Source: a virus. From it: DNA of 64,000 nt. The notes under the pieces were generated by a model, which was not told the DNA's origin, searched no databases, and was given only the letters and a program-made list of their open reading frames with translations. The stretch lies in IMG/VR virus record IMGVR_UViG_3300022555_000009. One strand, written 5' to 3'. Shown piece after piece: positions 8,669 through 18,260 of this stretch. The position numbers were made by a program, and so were the translations under genes. Numbering within the stretch: position 1 is the first letter of the stretch; the number at the start of each line of letters is the position of its first letter.

Positions 8669-9376
8669 TTAAATTATTACTGCGATATCATCGGGATAAT
8701 TGCGATAAGCGTGATCTCCGAATAATTCTACGTCATGCATGTCTCTCGGTTGCCTTCTCAAGGCCCACCAGATAGCTAAAAGAGTGTTGCCCAGTACCTG
8801 CAGTACTTTTCTTGGGCCAAAATGAAGCATTTGGATACCTTTATATCCGAATAGCCTGGGCGGTACAAAGTGAACAATATCAGCACCATAATATATAGCT
8901 AAGAATCTCACTCTCTTCTCAAAGCTCTTAACAAAAGCCGCGTTGCCTACCCTCGGGGAAGAGCCTGGCAAGCAAAATATACTACATCCATCAAAATTAT
9001 ACTGCACGTCTAGGCTACATATAGTTGCCAAGGCGCCACCATACGAATGGCCGGTGACGACGACAGTACCTGCTGGTTTTCTATCGTAGAATTCTCGAGC
9101 CCGATTGAGAATCACATCTCTCACGCCACTCTGCTTGTATTGATCTAACCAACCGAAATGAATGCGAACTTTTGAGTCCGTATTATCATAAGGTATAACT
9201 GCGGTATCGAAAAGCATATGATTCCACCAATCTAATGTTGAATCAGATGATCTGAATACTACAAAAAGGGATTCCTCGTCCTCTTTAAAAATAGCCTGTA
9301 CGGTACCTTTATCAATGTCGGCCCTATCCGAAGACTCCGCAAATAATTCTTTGAAAAACTTCAGATCATATGTCAT
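8669..9376 (-). CDS. Class 3 lipase (alpha/beta hydrolase)
   Basis: VVFRSS, IHFGW, VTGHSYGGALA nucleophile elbow, SPRVGN, DIVHFVPP, DH; start moved to ATG 9376, downstream of ACTAATT and a GGGG SD. Confidence 0.85.
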   Translation of the reverse strand: MTYDLKFFKELFAESSDRADIDKGTVQAIFKEDEESLFVVFRSSDSTLDWWNHMLFDTAVIPYDNTDSKVRIHFGWLDQYKQSGVRDVILNRAREFYDRKPAGTVVVTGHSYGGALATICSLDVQYNFDGCSIFCLPGSSPRVGNAAFVKSFEKRVRFLAIYYGADIVHFVPPRLFGYKGIQMLHFGPRKVLQVLGNTLLAIWWALRRQPRDMHDVELFGDHAYRNYPDDIAVII

Positions 9377-9436
9377 TTTTATCCCCACATAATTAGTCAC
9401 TAATTTTATATCGCATGTACACAAAGGAGCTTCCCA

Positions 9437-9700
9437 ATGATGGCAATTACACTACACGACTGGAAGACTATTCGAGAACTGAGACTATGTACTGCTGCTG
9501 GTTTATTAAATCCCATGGAATTCAAGATACTGCTAGCTCCTATGGTTTTTTTGGATCAAGGAGACGCGGGCGATGATGAAGAGGATAGTATTGCTGACGA
9601 CCTACGACAAATAAAAAAGAATAAAAAAAGCTCCTCTGAAAAAGAGGAGCTTCCACCTGCTATAGGCTTTCATGTAGACTCAGAGGAAGAGGACGACTAA
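9437..9700 (+). CDS. Hypothetical acidic protein
   Basis: SD AAGGAG; ACTAATT at 9399. Confidence 0.6.
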   Translation: MMAITLHDWKTIRELRLCTAAGLLNPMEFKILLAPMVFLDQGDAGDDEEDSIADDLRQIKKNKKSSSEKEELPPAIGFHVDSEEEDD

Positions 9701-11289
9701 CATTTTGACCATCCACACATACACGTGACACATCCCTCTTTATACATAAAGCCATCTTTACTACCACAAGAGGGACATTCCATAGATGTCTTTACTTGCT
9801 CGCCGTTCTTGATGTATCCTTTAAGAACTCTCGCTAAGGATTTTGACCAGGAACCGAAACCATCGCTTTTACCTAGCTGTTCAACGATGAACTCGATAGG
9901 TGTTCCGTGCCTCAGAGCTGTACTCAGTAGACGCGTTGGTCCTTCGTACTCGTGATTGAATGTTTGGGCAATATTCTCAATTACGACCTTATCTACTCCG
10001 TTAGGAATAATGAGGTCGTAATTGCCTTTGCCCTTCTTACGAATGATACCTGTGTCTTTATCCTTTAGATAACTCCATTCTTCTCTTTGTTCAGATATGA
10101 ATGTCTCATATATGGATCCGCTGTACTTGCCGATTAGAGTTAGAAACTTTTGTCCCTTAATAGAAGTGACATAAATATCACACTCCAAGTCCTTAGGTCT
10201 TTTTGGCGCACCAGACCTCTCAATGTACTCAGGTCTCTTATAGCATACTTCTTTCTTCACTGGCTTAGTAGATAATATTCCCTTCATACTTCCCTGTGGA
10301 TTAAATGAAGTGAATCCTTTTAAGCCTTGCTTATAAGCAAACATGAAAAGATCTTTATAGGCCTCCAAAGTATATCCTTCGGGTAGGTTAGCTGTCTTAG
10401 ATATAGAGTGATCTATGTATTTTTGAAAAGCAGCCTGTACTCTTACCCCATCATAAGGATTCACTTCATTTGAAGTTATGAAGTACTCGGGAATTTTAGG
10501 TTCAAGCCCCGTCGATGTCATATGTGCTTTTGTATCATCGTAAGGGGTGTGAAGATATTCTAGCCAGGCCTTATCATACACAGTTTCTTTACGAGTCTCG
10601 TCTCCTTTTCCCGTCCTGATAGTTCTATCATACTGGAGAGCAAAGATGGGCTCAATACCTGAAGAGCAATTATTACCAACTGTCAATGAAATTGTTCCTG
10701 TTGGCGCACAAGTTAATATACCTATGTTCCTTAGACCACTTGCCCATATATCTTCATATAATTCCTCGGGGAGTGAGGTAATAAAAGAAGACTGATTAAG
10801 TCTTTTATCAAATGCAGGAAAGGTACCCTTTTCTCTCGCTAACTCAGCAGATTCACTGTATGCTTCGTCACGGAGTATTCTACCTATTCCGTCTGCAAGA
10901 TCTATACTTTCTTGGCTACCGTATTTTATTTTCATCATGGCACAGACGTCACCAAAACCCGTGAAGCCTAGTCCTATCCGCCTCCACTGTTTGGAAAAAT
11001 CTTCTATCCTCTTAAGAGGATATTTAGTTACATCTAAAACGTCATCAAGAAATCTAACTGCTGTGCGAATAGTTTTCGATAGAAGATCCTGATTAATCAT
11101 CGGGGAATCTCCAAAAGCCCCTGTCACAAAGGAAGGTAGGTTTAAGGATCCTAGACAGCATAAACTATATGCTGGCATCGAAATTTCGCCACAATTTTTA
11201 ATAACAGTGCCATTTGCATAAAAATTATGAGTATTCTCCACTGTTATATCATATACATCTTCGTTATCAGATGTTTCTATAATTAGCAT
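9697..11289 (-). CDS. nrdJ: Class II (B12) ribonucleotide reductase, C-terminal part, preceded by a 32-aa split-intein IntC (11194-11289)
   Basis: DVYDITVENTHNFYANGTVIKN|CGEI; CCLGSLNL, RRIGLG, APTGTIS, SSGIEP, SISKT; C-terminal CPSC...EGCVTCMCGWSKC. Confidence 0.93.
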   Translation of the reverse strand: MLIIETSDNEDVYDITVENTHNFYANGTVIKNCGEISMPAYSLCCLGSLNLPSFVTGAFGDSPMINQDLLSKTIRTAVRFLDDVLDVTKYPLKRIEDFSKQWRRIGLGFTGFGDVCAMMKIKYGSQESIDLADGIGRILRDEAYSESAELAREKGTFPAFDKRLNQSSFITSLPEELYEDIWASGLRNIGILTCAPTGTISLTVGNNCSSGIEPIFALQYDRTIRTGKGDETRKETVYDKAWLEYLHTPYDDTKAHMTSTGLEPKIPEYFITSNEVNPYDGVRVQAAFQKYIDHSISKTANLPEGYTLEAYKDLFMFAYKQGLKGFTSFNPQGSMKGILSTKPVKKEVCYKRPEYIERSGAPKRPKDLECDIYVTSIKGQKFLTLIGKYSGSIYETFISEQREEWSYLKDKDTGIIRKKGKGNYDLIIPNGVDKVVIENIAQTFNHEYEGPTRLLSTALRHGTPIEFIVEQLGKSDGFGSWSKSLARVLKGYIKNGEQVKTSMECPSCGSKDGFMYKEGCVTCMCGWSKC

Positions 11290-11316
11290 TTTTAAACGTC
11301 TCCTCTGTTAATTCCT

Positions 11317-12423
11317 CTAGTCATGGATTAACTCATCAGTTGGTTGAAGGTGCTGTGCTTCTACCCATCCTCTATTTTTTGTAAGTATTTTGTGATCCGG
11401 AGTACATTTGATCTGATTGCCAGTGGAGGTATCTGTTATCCTGATTATTTTCGTATTTTTTCTAGTGAGAAGAGCATTTGTTACTTTTTGGTATTCAGTT
11501 TGACGAGTCTCTTCGTTGAGAGACTTCGCAAATACTTCTTCCCCAGAAACTACCAATTCTACTAAGTCCTTCATTCTTATTTTTTGATTTACGCCCTTGA
11601 AAGAAATATCTACAACGGTATCTCCTGTTACGCAAGGATTGACCGAATCTATATTAAAGGCGTACCAGCCGTTGTTATACCTATTTACTGTATCAATATT
11701 AAAGATGCCTGGTTCATTGTGCTCGAAGGCATTCTTGGCCAGGAGATCATAAAGATACTTAGCTTTAACTATTTTATAAACTTGCCCTTCCCAAACAAGA
11801 GGCCATTCACTATCTTCTTCTACAGCCCTGATAAATTCGTCTGTGAGAACTACAGAGAGGTTGAATTGGTCTAAAGCTTTTTTCTCGTCTCCGTGTTTTA
11901 CTGTAATGAACTCTTCGATGTCAGGGTGATCTATGTTCATCAGAGCAATATGAGCAGATCGACGACCTCCTCCAGTCTGTATGACTTTTGCAGACTCGTT
12001 GAATATTTTAAGGAAAGAAATAGGCCCGGATGACTTGCCTCCCTTTTTAATAGCAGCATCTTTAGGTCTCAAGTACGAAATATTAAAGCCAACGCCTCCC
12101 CCTGAAGCACTGATCATGGCATCATCGTGGAGAGCTCCGAAAATGCCCTCCATGCTATCTCCAACAGCTATAGTATAACAATTATTATAGTACTTCATTT
12201 TAGAATCCGGACGAGCATTAGCTAGGATTCTTCCACCGGGGATAAATAAGCCTTTTTCCATAATGTCAAGAAATTCGTGTTCCCACTGAGCTCTTACTTT
12301 CGGTTTTTCAGCCATCGCTATTTCAGTCGCAACACCCCTAAATACATCCTCAGGGGTTTTTTCGCCGTTAATCATATACTTCTGGCGAAAGATTTCTTCG
12401 GAGATAGATTGAGAGAACATCAT
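11317..12423 (-). CDS. nrdJ: Class II ribonucleotide reductase, N-terminal part, ending in a 105-aa split-intein IntN (11320-11634)
   Basis: FIPGGRILAN, NNCY, GGGVG, LRP, GGGRRSA, HPDIEEFI, EPG; VNP|CVTGDT...CTPDHKILTKNRGWVEAQHL. Confidence 0.93.
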   Translation of the reverse strand: MMFSQSISEEIFRQKYMINGEKTPEDVFRGVATEIAMAEKPKVRAQWEHEFLDIMEKGLFIPGGRILANARPDSKMKYYNNCYTIAVGDSMEGIFGALHDDAMISASGGGVGFNISYLRPKDAAIKKGGKSSGPISFLKIFNESAKVIQTGGGRRSAHIALMNIDHPDIEEFITVKHGDEKKALDQFNLSVVLTDEFIRAVEEDSEWPLVWEGQVYKIVKAKYLYDLLAKNAFEHNEPGIFNIDTVNRYNNGWYAFNIDSVNPCVTGDTVVDISFKGVNQKIRMKDLVELVVSGEEVFAKSLNEETRQTEYQKVTNALLTRKNTKIIRITDTSTGNQIKCTPDHKILTKNRGWVEAQHLQPTDELIHD

Positions 12424-12457
12424 ATGGTTTTTACCTTCCTTTTATGCGTATGGCTAA

Positions 12458-12667
12458 TTAGTTGATCATCTCCTTTTTAAAGAATTTACGATAGCTCTTG
12501 AGGTAGGGCGCTAGCTTTTCGTCCATCTCCTTAAAGATAGCTGTGATTTTAGCAGCCTCCTCAGAATTCAACTTTGATAAATCGATGCCTTCGACATGAG
12601 TCTCATCATGATTCATAACAATCACCTTCCTGGGCTCGTTATGATAAGTAAACTCCATTAACTTCAT
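12458..12667 (-). CDS. Hypothetical protein
   Basis: SD AAGGAG; ATGA overlap with the upstream gene. Confidence 0.65.
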   Translation of the reverse strand: MKLMEFTYHNEPRKVIVMNHDETHVEGIDLSKLNSEEAAKITAIFKEMDEKLAPYLKSYRKFFKKEMIN

Positions 12668-13125
12668 TTTCTCTCCTTTATTAGCTGTGTATTATAGTCT
12701 TCGATTTGTTTCGGGGAAAAGTCTTTAGATGGTAAGGTGAGTTTCATCATCGTTACTAGACTCTCGAATAGTGCTATTTTCGCTGATCTATCAAGTATAG
12801 CCGTATCTTTGAGTATTGCTTTCACTGCTCTCGTCGCAAACACCCAGGCAGGAAACTCTTGTGGATGCACTGGTATAAAATTAACTTTGCCAAACTTCAA
12901 ATCTATCCAAAACCCTGAATTATAGTTCGAGGGAGCTCGAACGAGGCCGGTAGTCAAAGAGTTTATTTTACTATCATTATGCACACTGTATACAAGATCC
13001 CAATCACTGTCTGGGCGTTCCGTGCCAAACGCCCTACTTCCTGTTAGATAACACAGGTTTAAAAGGTCTTCAATTGGTATATCTTTATTTTTTTTAATAA
13101 GACCTTCGAAAAGCTCATCAAACAT
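12664..13125 (-). CDS. Pol-beta superfamily nucleotidyltransferase
   Basis: YLTGSRAFGTERPDSDWDL (GS...DxD). Confidence 0.75.
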   Translation of the reverse strand: MFDELFEGLIKKNKDIPIEDLLNLCYLTGSRAFGTERPDSDWDLVYSVHNDSKINSLTTGLVRAPSNYNSGFWIDLKFGKVNFIPVHPQEFPAWVFATRAVKAILKDTAILDRSAKIALFESLVTMMKLTLPSKDFSPKQIEDYNTQLIKERK

Positions 13126-13186
13126 GATTTTCTCCTTTTTATAATATAGCTAAACCTCTCACTAATTATGGTGAGGGACAAAAATA

Positions 13187-13639
13187 ATGCCTACACCTTC
13201 TTCTATGGAATACCTTAGTTTATTATACAAGGAATTGACTCGAAAACTGGAAACTATTCATAAATACATAGATGCCATCGACAATCAGGTCGGTGACATA
13301 TACCAGTCAGCTTATGAAGGCGTTTATATCTGTAAGCGCAAGTATGAGATCGTAGAAGACTATAAAGAAACAACTCCGAAGATTCATCCTCAAACTGAGT
13401 TCGCTTTTGAGCCGAGGCCCAATAAGCCTAAAAAAGGCGACACTGGACAGGATGTTCAGGAAACTATAGAAGACCTCAACGAAGATTTGAAATCTACCTT
13501 CGCTGAGATCAATTTCCGATTCTCTAAGCAGCAAGGAAACCTAGACAACCTAGGAAAGGTCCACTTAGAGTTACAGAATATTATTAATGAAATATTCCAA
13601 AATTGGAAAACCTTAAATGGAGATGAAGACAAGTTTTAA
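13187..13639 (+). CDS. Hypothetical coiled-coil protein
   Basis: ACTAATT at 13161; SD GAGGG. Confidence 0.6.
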   Translation: MPTPSSMEYLSLLYKELTRKLETIHKYIDAIDNQVGDIYQSAYEGVYICKRKYEIVEDYKETTPKIHPQTEFAFEPRPNKPKKGDTGQDVQETIEDLNEDLKSTFAEINFRFSKQQGNLDNLGKVHLELQNIINEIFQNWKTLNGDEDKF

Positions 13640-15768
13640 CGCTTAATTACCAGGGTATCTGTTTCCTTTAGATTCCTCGCCTTCACTTCTTCTGTCTTCT
13701 CACCCCTTTTAACTTTTACTGTCTCGTCGGCAAAGAATACATATTCTTTGCCGTCTTGATTTATAATGACTTCATTAATTTCAAATTCTTTATTCCTGCA
13801 GAAGACATTCCAACCCGTCGTACTATGTACATCAGCGTTAGGATCTGTTTTATAGGCCTTCAGAAGGAACGCATCATTACCGTCCAAAGCTGCGAGCCTT
13901 AGTTGAAGCCCACTATAATCCATGGTTACTAGTTTACAGTGTTCTATATCAGGTACACTTACAATTTCTTTGACCAGATCAGATCCCAACGAATGAGATG
14001 GCAAATTCGTCCAATTAGGTTCTCGACAAGTATTGCGCCCGGTTTCCGCACCCATGACATTATATACAGGGTGGAGTTTGGACTTACCCAGATCCTCGTG
14101 AAACTTCAAGTGTTGTCTCCAACCCATATTCGTATCTGGTAGTCCTAAGAACGTCTTCTGCAACGTCTTGTATGCTCGGAGCTTCTTAAGAATAGTCGCT
14201 TCAGGTCTTCCCAATTGTTCCCACTGAGTTAACTGCTCGTCGCCTGTTAAATAATAGCCAGACTTAGACATACCACAATTTTCCCACCCAAGCCACTTAA
14301 GTATTTCACCTAATTGCTTACCACTATTAAAATTAGACTCGGGGTCATCTTCATCCGCGCAATCATCAAAGAAGCTATGAAAATCTAGACTCATTACCTT
14401 TAGTCCATGGCCGCCTAAGAATTCTTGTACCTTCAGCTTCTCGCTCAATTCTCTTTGAAGATCCTTCATCTCCTTATCTACATCGAGAGAATTCTTATCC
14501 CAAATATCCATGTCTACTTCGATACCCTGTATTTCAACAGGCACAAACATTTTCATCGCTGGCATTCTTTTCTTTTCAAAGTACTCGCGCACAGTCCACC
14601 AACCCTCTACAGGCGGAGGCCAAGCGAGGTCAATCCAGTTTATTCTTTTCTCCATCGCTTCATACACCTGGAAATTAATGATAGCGTCCATAGTCGCGTA
14701 TTGTGATAAGATTTTTTCAGGTATGTCCAAGTACGTCTTTGGATTGTATCTTTTTTTATAGTCGTCTAAGTCTCTATCATAACCTCCAAATTGCGTATAA
14801 TAGAAAGCTAAAGACTTCAAACTATTAGATCGAGACTCATTCAAAGTCTGTGCCATGGGTAGAGTATCAATATCAATTTTCGCTGTAGATATGCCTGCAT
14901 TCAAAAGAAACTTGACATCGAATTTTAAATTTTGTCCTATCTGGATCTTATTTCTAAAAAACTCGGTAAGTAGATTCTTATCTATTAGATACCAGGGAAT
15001 ATAGAAGCCTTCCCTGCCATCAAAAGACATCGTAATGCAACCTATGCGGTCATTAACAAAATCAAACCCTGATGTTTCCAAGTCCCAGCATACCTTACAT
15101 GATACGGGAGTCCAAGCTTTAAGAAAATTATCAGCCTCATCTGCTTCCATAAGCTTGGTTATTTTTAAGCGCGTGGGACAAGGAGGTTCACTCAAGCCAT
15201 CGTAATTTTTTAAAATCTTTTTGATTTGTATTTCTGCGAAATGCATTCTAAAAGAATCTCTGGGCAAAATTCCCATTGGAGTTATTTTAAATATGTCTTC
15301 TAGAGCGTCAATAGGAAATACGTTACACTCATATTCTCTCGAGTAAAAGTATGTTTGCGTGAACACTATGTCATAAAAACTATTTATGTGAATATTAGAA
15401 TCGCCGGTTATACCATAAATGGCACGACCGGACGTTATCATGATAGTCTTGTCTGTCATGTATGAAAGAATATTCGCTGCGTTTCTCTTATAGTACTCCG
15501 CGACTCCCTCTTTTTTTATCTCTTCTGAAGTCTTGCTGTACTTCGAAAGACTCACAATTCTATAATTGTAGCCTTGAGGTATCTGCCTGTCTAACCATTT
15601 TGTAAAGGCATCCAAGTGCCTTTGATTAGGGAATGTCTCTAAGACAATAATGAGATGAGTCTCATCGTTACTATGAGCTCTCTCGTACAGAAGAGCTCCT
15701 TTTGTTTCCAAGCCGCTCCCCTTTTTAGAAGAGCCTAAAGATACATCGCCGAATGTGAATGCTGCCAT
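13636..15768 (-). CDS. polA: Family A DNA polymerase, N-terminal part (3'-5' exonuclease, thumb, motif A), ending in an intein-like 54-aa tail
   Basis: WDLETSG, GQNLKFD, YATMDA (Exo I-III); ETGRNTCREPNWTN; MDYSGLQLR (motif A); DVHSTT; motifs B and C absent. Confidence 0.9.
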   Translation of the reverse strand: MAAFTFGDVSLGSSKKGSGLETKGALLYERAHSNDETHLIIVLETFPNQRHLDAFTKWLDRQIPQGYNYRIVSLSKYSKTSEEIKKEGVAEYYKRNAANILSYMTDKTIMITSGRAIYGITGDSNIHINSFYDIVFTQTYFYSREYECNVFPIDALEDIFKITPMGILPRDSFRMHFAEIQIKKILKNYDGLSEPPCPTRLKITKLMEADEADNFLKAWTPVSCKVCWDLETSGFDFVNDRIGCITMSFDGREGFYIPWYLIDKNLLTEFFRNKIQIGQNLKFDVKFLLNAGISTAKIDIDTLPMAQTLNESRSNSLKSLAFYYTQFGGYDRDLDDYKKRYNPKTYLDIPEKILSQYATMDAIINFQVYEAMEKRINWIDLAWPPPVEGWWTVREYFEKKRMPAMKMFVPVEIQGIEVDMDIWDKNSLDVDKEMKDLQRELSEKLKVQEFLGGHGLKVMSLDFHSFFDDCADEDDPESNFNSGKQLGEILKWLGWENCGMSKSGYYLTGDEQLTQWEQLGRPEATILKKLRAYKTLQKTFLGLPDTNMGWRQHLKFHEDLGKSKLHPVYNVMGAETGRNTCREPNWTNLPSHSLGSDLVKEIVSVPDIEHCKLVTMDYSGLQLRLAALDGNDAFLLKAYKTDPNADVHSTTGWNVFCRNKEFEINEVIINQDGKEYVFFADETVKVKRGEKTEEVKARNLKETDTLVIKR

Positions 15769-15789
15769 ACGAAATTATATGTTTTTTAT

Positions 15790-15915
15790 TATGTAAATAT
15801 TCGCTTGAAGAAAGATATGAGTTTCTAGATATTTGAATTTCGCATAACTAGAGGTTCGAATTTCGCACATCTATTAATATAAAAATAAGTAATATAAAAT
15901 ATATAAATATTAAGC
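15790..15915. other. AT-rich divergent intergenic region with a direct repeat; candidate replication origin
   Basis: GAATTTCGCA at 15835 and 15858 followed by ~40 nt almost entirely A/T. Confidence 0.3.
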
Positions 15916-16139
15916 CTTGCAGGCTAATTGTAAAAAGCCAGTATTAAGACCTATCATTCTCTTCTTTTTGTATTATTATTCCGCGAAAAGGAACAGACCC
16001 GGACTTTTCGTAGGTATGATTTTTCCTATATACGCAGAAAAAAGAACAAAAGAATCCGCAAAATACTTGCCACCGAGCACACAGCAAATGCTTATATTAT
16101 ATACGTAAGCAAGAAACGAAGAACGCAAGGAGCCAAGAA

Positions 16140-16364
16140 ATGGCACGAATCGCAATCGCGACCGGCAACAAAACCACGAATCACAGGACCGCACGGTCCG
16201 TCGTCACCCAGTACGACGTGAATTCGAAGGAGTGGCAGGACCGCATTACCAATCTTAATCGGGATCTCGATCGCAAGAACGACGGCTCGATTTCCAGGCT
16301 TCCCAACGGCAATACTCCGATGGTCGTCCCCGGCTACCGGACTCGAAGCATCTCCAGTTTCTGA
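16140..16364 (+). CDS. Hypothetical early protein
   Basis: SD AAGGAG; upstream TTGCCA...TATATT promoter-like element. Confidence 0.7.
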   Translation: MARIAIATGNKTTNHRTARSVVTQYDVNSKEWQDRITNLNRDLDRKNDGSISRLPNGNTPMVVPGYRTRSISSF

Positions 16365-16392
16365 ACCTGCACTCTAAAAGGAGAGTTTATAG

Positions 16393-17031
16393 ATGTCAAT
16401 CAACGTGTGTTCCTATAAGATTACCGAGGCTGGTAGTCTTACGAATCCCGAGCCGGCTTCGTTTGCCGAGGTGTCCAAGCCCGACATGAGTCTCCGCAAG
16501 GGAATCACGGTTTACTTCGATACGAAGAAGTATACGGTTCTCGGTCAGGCGCCCATCTACGCGCTTATCAGCGAGGCAGGGGAGGACGTGGCAATTCGAG
16601 TGCGCAAGAAGCACCTCTACGTCCCGAACGACGTTCTCAACGGCACCGCGATCGTGAAGATGGCGGCTCCTGCGAAAGTCAAGGTCGCCAAGGTCAAGGT
16701 CGAGAAGGCTCCTAAGGAGCCCAAGGCTCCGAAGGCGAAGAAGACACTCATTCCTGCTGTCGTGCAGGGTGCGTTCGAGACGCGCATGGCAGAGTTCCGT
16801 ACCGACAGTGGTCGGAGCATCAAGGGCCTTCGCATCGAGAACACGGACGGTGCATCCTTCCGCGTCATTGTCGTGGATCCTACTAAGTCTGGCTGGGTTC
16901 TCATGGCCTCAGATAAGTGGGACATTGGAGCCTACAAGTTCTACAACATCGATACCATGGCGTCGAGAGATTTCGATCGCGCGGCCGATAAGCCGGGCCC
17001 TGGCGATTCCTCGATTGTGTGGCCGAAGTGA
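16393..17031 (+). CDS. Hypothetical early protein with a Lys/Ala/Pro-rich linker
   Basis: SD AAGGAG; KVKVAKVKVEKAPKEPKAPKAKK; GC-rich codons. Confidence 0.75.
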   Translation: MSINVCSYKITEAGSLTNPEPASFAEVSKPDMSLRKGITVYFDTKKYTVLGQAPIYALISEAGEDVAIRVRKKHLYVPNDVLNGTAIVKMAAPAKVKVAKVKVEKAPKEPKAPKAKKTLIPAVVQGAFETRMAEFRTDSGRSIKGLRIENTDGASFRVIVVDPTKSGWVLMASDKWDIGAYKFYNIDTMASRDFDRAADKPGPGDSSIVWPK

Positions 17032-17034
17032 AAT

Positions 17035-17060
17035 AGAGGGGGACCTTAGGTCCCCCTCTT
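17035..17060 (+). terminator. Strong hairpin (terminator-like)
   Basis: AGAGGGGGACC-TTA-GGTCCCCCTCT; weak T tract. Confidence 0.6.
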
Positions 17061-17076
17061 AGGTGGAGAACATTAA

Positions 17077-17220
17077 ATGCGTAAGACGATTGACATTACG
17101 ATGATGGACGGACAGGTGATCAAGGCTCCGCTGTGCCTGGTGTGGTGTGATATCAACGATACCCATACCGAACTCTATTTCGTATGGAAAACACCATATG
17201 GATGGATGCTTGTGTCTTAA
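17077..17220 (+). CDS. Small hypothetical protein (47 aa)
   Basis: Manual ORF MRKTIDITMMDGQVIKAPLC...; SD GGAG. Confidence 0.55.
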   Translation: MRKTIDITMMDGQVIKAPLCLVWCDINDTHTELYFVWKTPYGWMLVS

Positions 17221-17434
17221 TGAAGACAGATATCCATCCCTATGGGACCACGCCGAGCCCATCGAGTTCCCGGACGTGTGGACGTTCGGCAAGGCGTGGG
17301 ACGACGAACCAAATAATTTCGTATGGGGATATTTTAAGCTGGACGATAATGGCAATTGGTTTCGCAAGAATAAGCGGGGTTCGTGGATCAACTTCACGCC
17401 CGGCCTCCCGCCCGCGACCATAGAGGGGGAATGA
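17198..17434 (+). CDS. Hypothetical Trp-rich protein
   Basis: Frame of track ORF 17147; its stop overlaps the next ATGA. Confidence 0.5.
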   Translation: MDGCLCLNEDRYPSLWDHAEPIEFPDVWTFGKAWDDEPNNFVWGYFKLDDNGNWFRKNKRGSWINFTPGLPPATIEGE

Positions 17435-17817
17435 TGGACAGGTACACCGAGACGGCGCGGAAGATAATTGGGATTATTGACTACAACCGTGACGAAGGAA
17501 GCTACACCGATCCATCAAAAGTAGCCGCCATCCTCCGCGAGGAGTTCCCCGAGCCCGCGCAGGACGCAATGGGTGTTGCTCGGCAGATAGCGCCTATATT
17601 TTGCTATCCTGTCGATTATCCCGGTATCGACGAAGCCGCCGCCCTCATCGAAGCCTACGCTCGCAAGCGCGTGGGGGGGGCGGCGGATAGGGCAGGGACA
17701 TGGCTGAATACGCAATTCGGTGGTGGTGGGTTTGAAGATAATCCGGCAATCCAGCGGCTACGCAGCAGACAGCATATTTTCCTGCGCGCCGCGATCATCG
17801 GCAAGGAGGAAGTATGA
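17431..17817 (+). CDS. Hypothetical protein
   Basis: SD GAGGGGG; ATGA coupling at both ends. Confidence 0.6.
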   Translation: MMDRYTETARKIIGIIDYNRDEGSYTDPSKVAAILREEFPEPAQDAMGVARQIAPIFCYPVDYPGIDEAAALIEAYARKRVGGAADRAGTWLNTQFGGGGFEDNPAIQRLRSRQHIFLRAAIIGKEEV

Positions 17818-18239
17818 CCAGGGATCAGATCGACAAGGTGCGCAATGCGATTGCATACGGCAAATGTCTGTCGGAACGCGAAAATGGTGAGCGATGTACT
17901 GTTACAGAGCTTTTTACGGAGGCCCTCGCCCTCCTCGACGCTGAGGCCGCGCAGGACAACGTAGACCGACATGTCTACAAGCTGACTGTGCAGCAACGTG
18001 ATCTTGCATGGACGCAACTCAGGACAGCCGAGGTTGTGGAACGAGAGCTTGAGGCAAGAATCAAGGATTGCGAGACCCGCGAGAAGGCGCTCAGGGAGGC
18101 GCTTGACAACGCGGCGGCACAAATCGAATCACTAGCGCTATCATTTCAAAGCCACGGCATCATGGAGCATTACGACCGGGCTTTGAAATGCGCCTACGCT
18201 GCCCGTTCCGCCTTGCTCGGCCCAGGAGGCGAGGGATGA
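17814..18239 (+). CDS. Hypothetical coiled-coil protein
   Basis: SD AGGAGG; ATGA coupling. Confidence 0.65.
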   Translation: MTRDQIDKVRNAIAYGKCLSERENGERCTVTELFTEALALLDAEAAQDNVDRHVYKLTVQQRDLAWTQLRTAEVVERELEARIKDCETREKALREALDNAAAQIESLALSFQSHGIMEHYDRALKCAYAARSALLGPGGEG

Positions 18240-18260
18240 TCAGATAGATACATAACTTTC

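Noticed and set aside
11290-11319. Stop-codon readthrough or TAG recoding joining the in-frame nrdJ halves
   Set aside because: A TAA follows the TAG in frame, a good SD precedes IntC, and other long genes are intact under the standard code.
13636-13800. Functional split intein or group I intron in polA
   Set aside because: No TxxH, block F or terminal Asn/+1 nucleophile; no intron-like non-coding sequence next to either half; halves are in permuted order.
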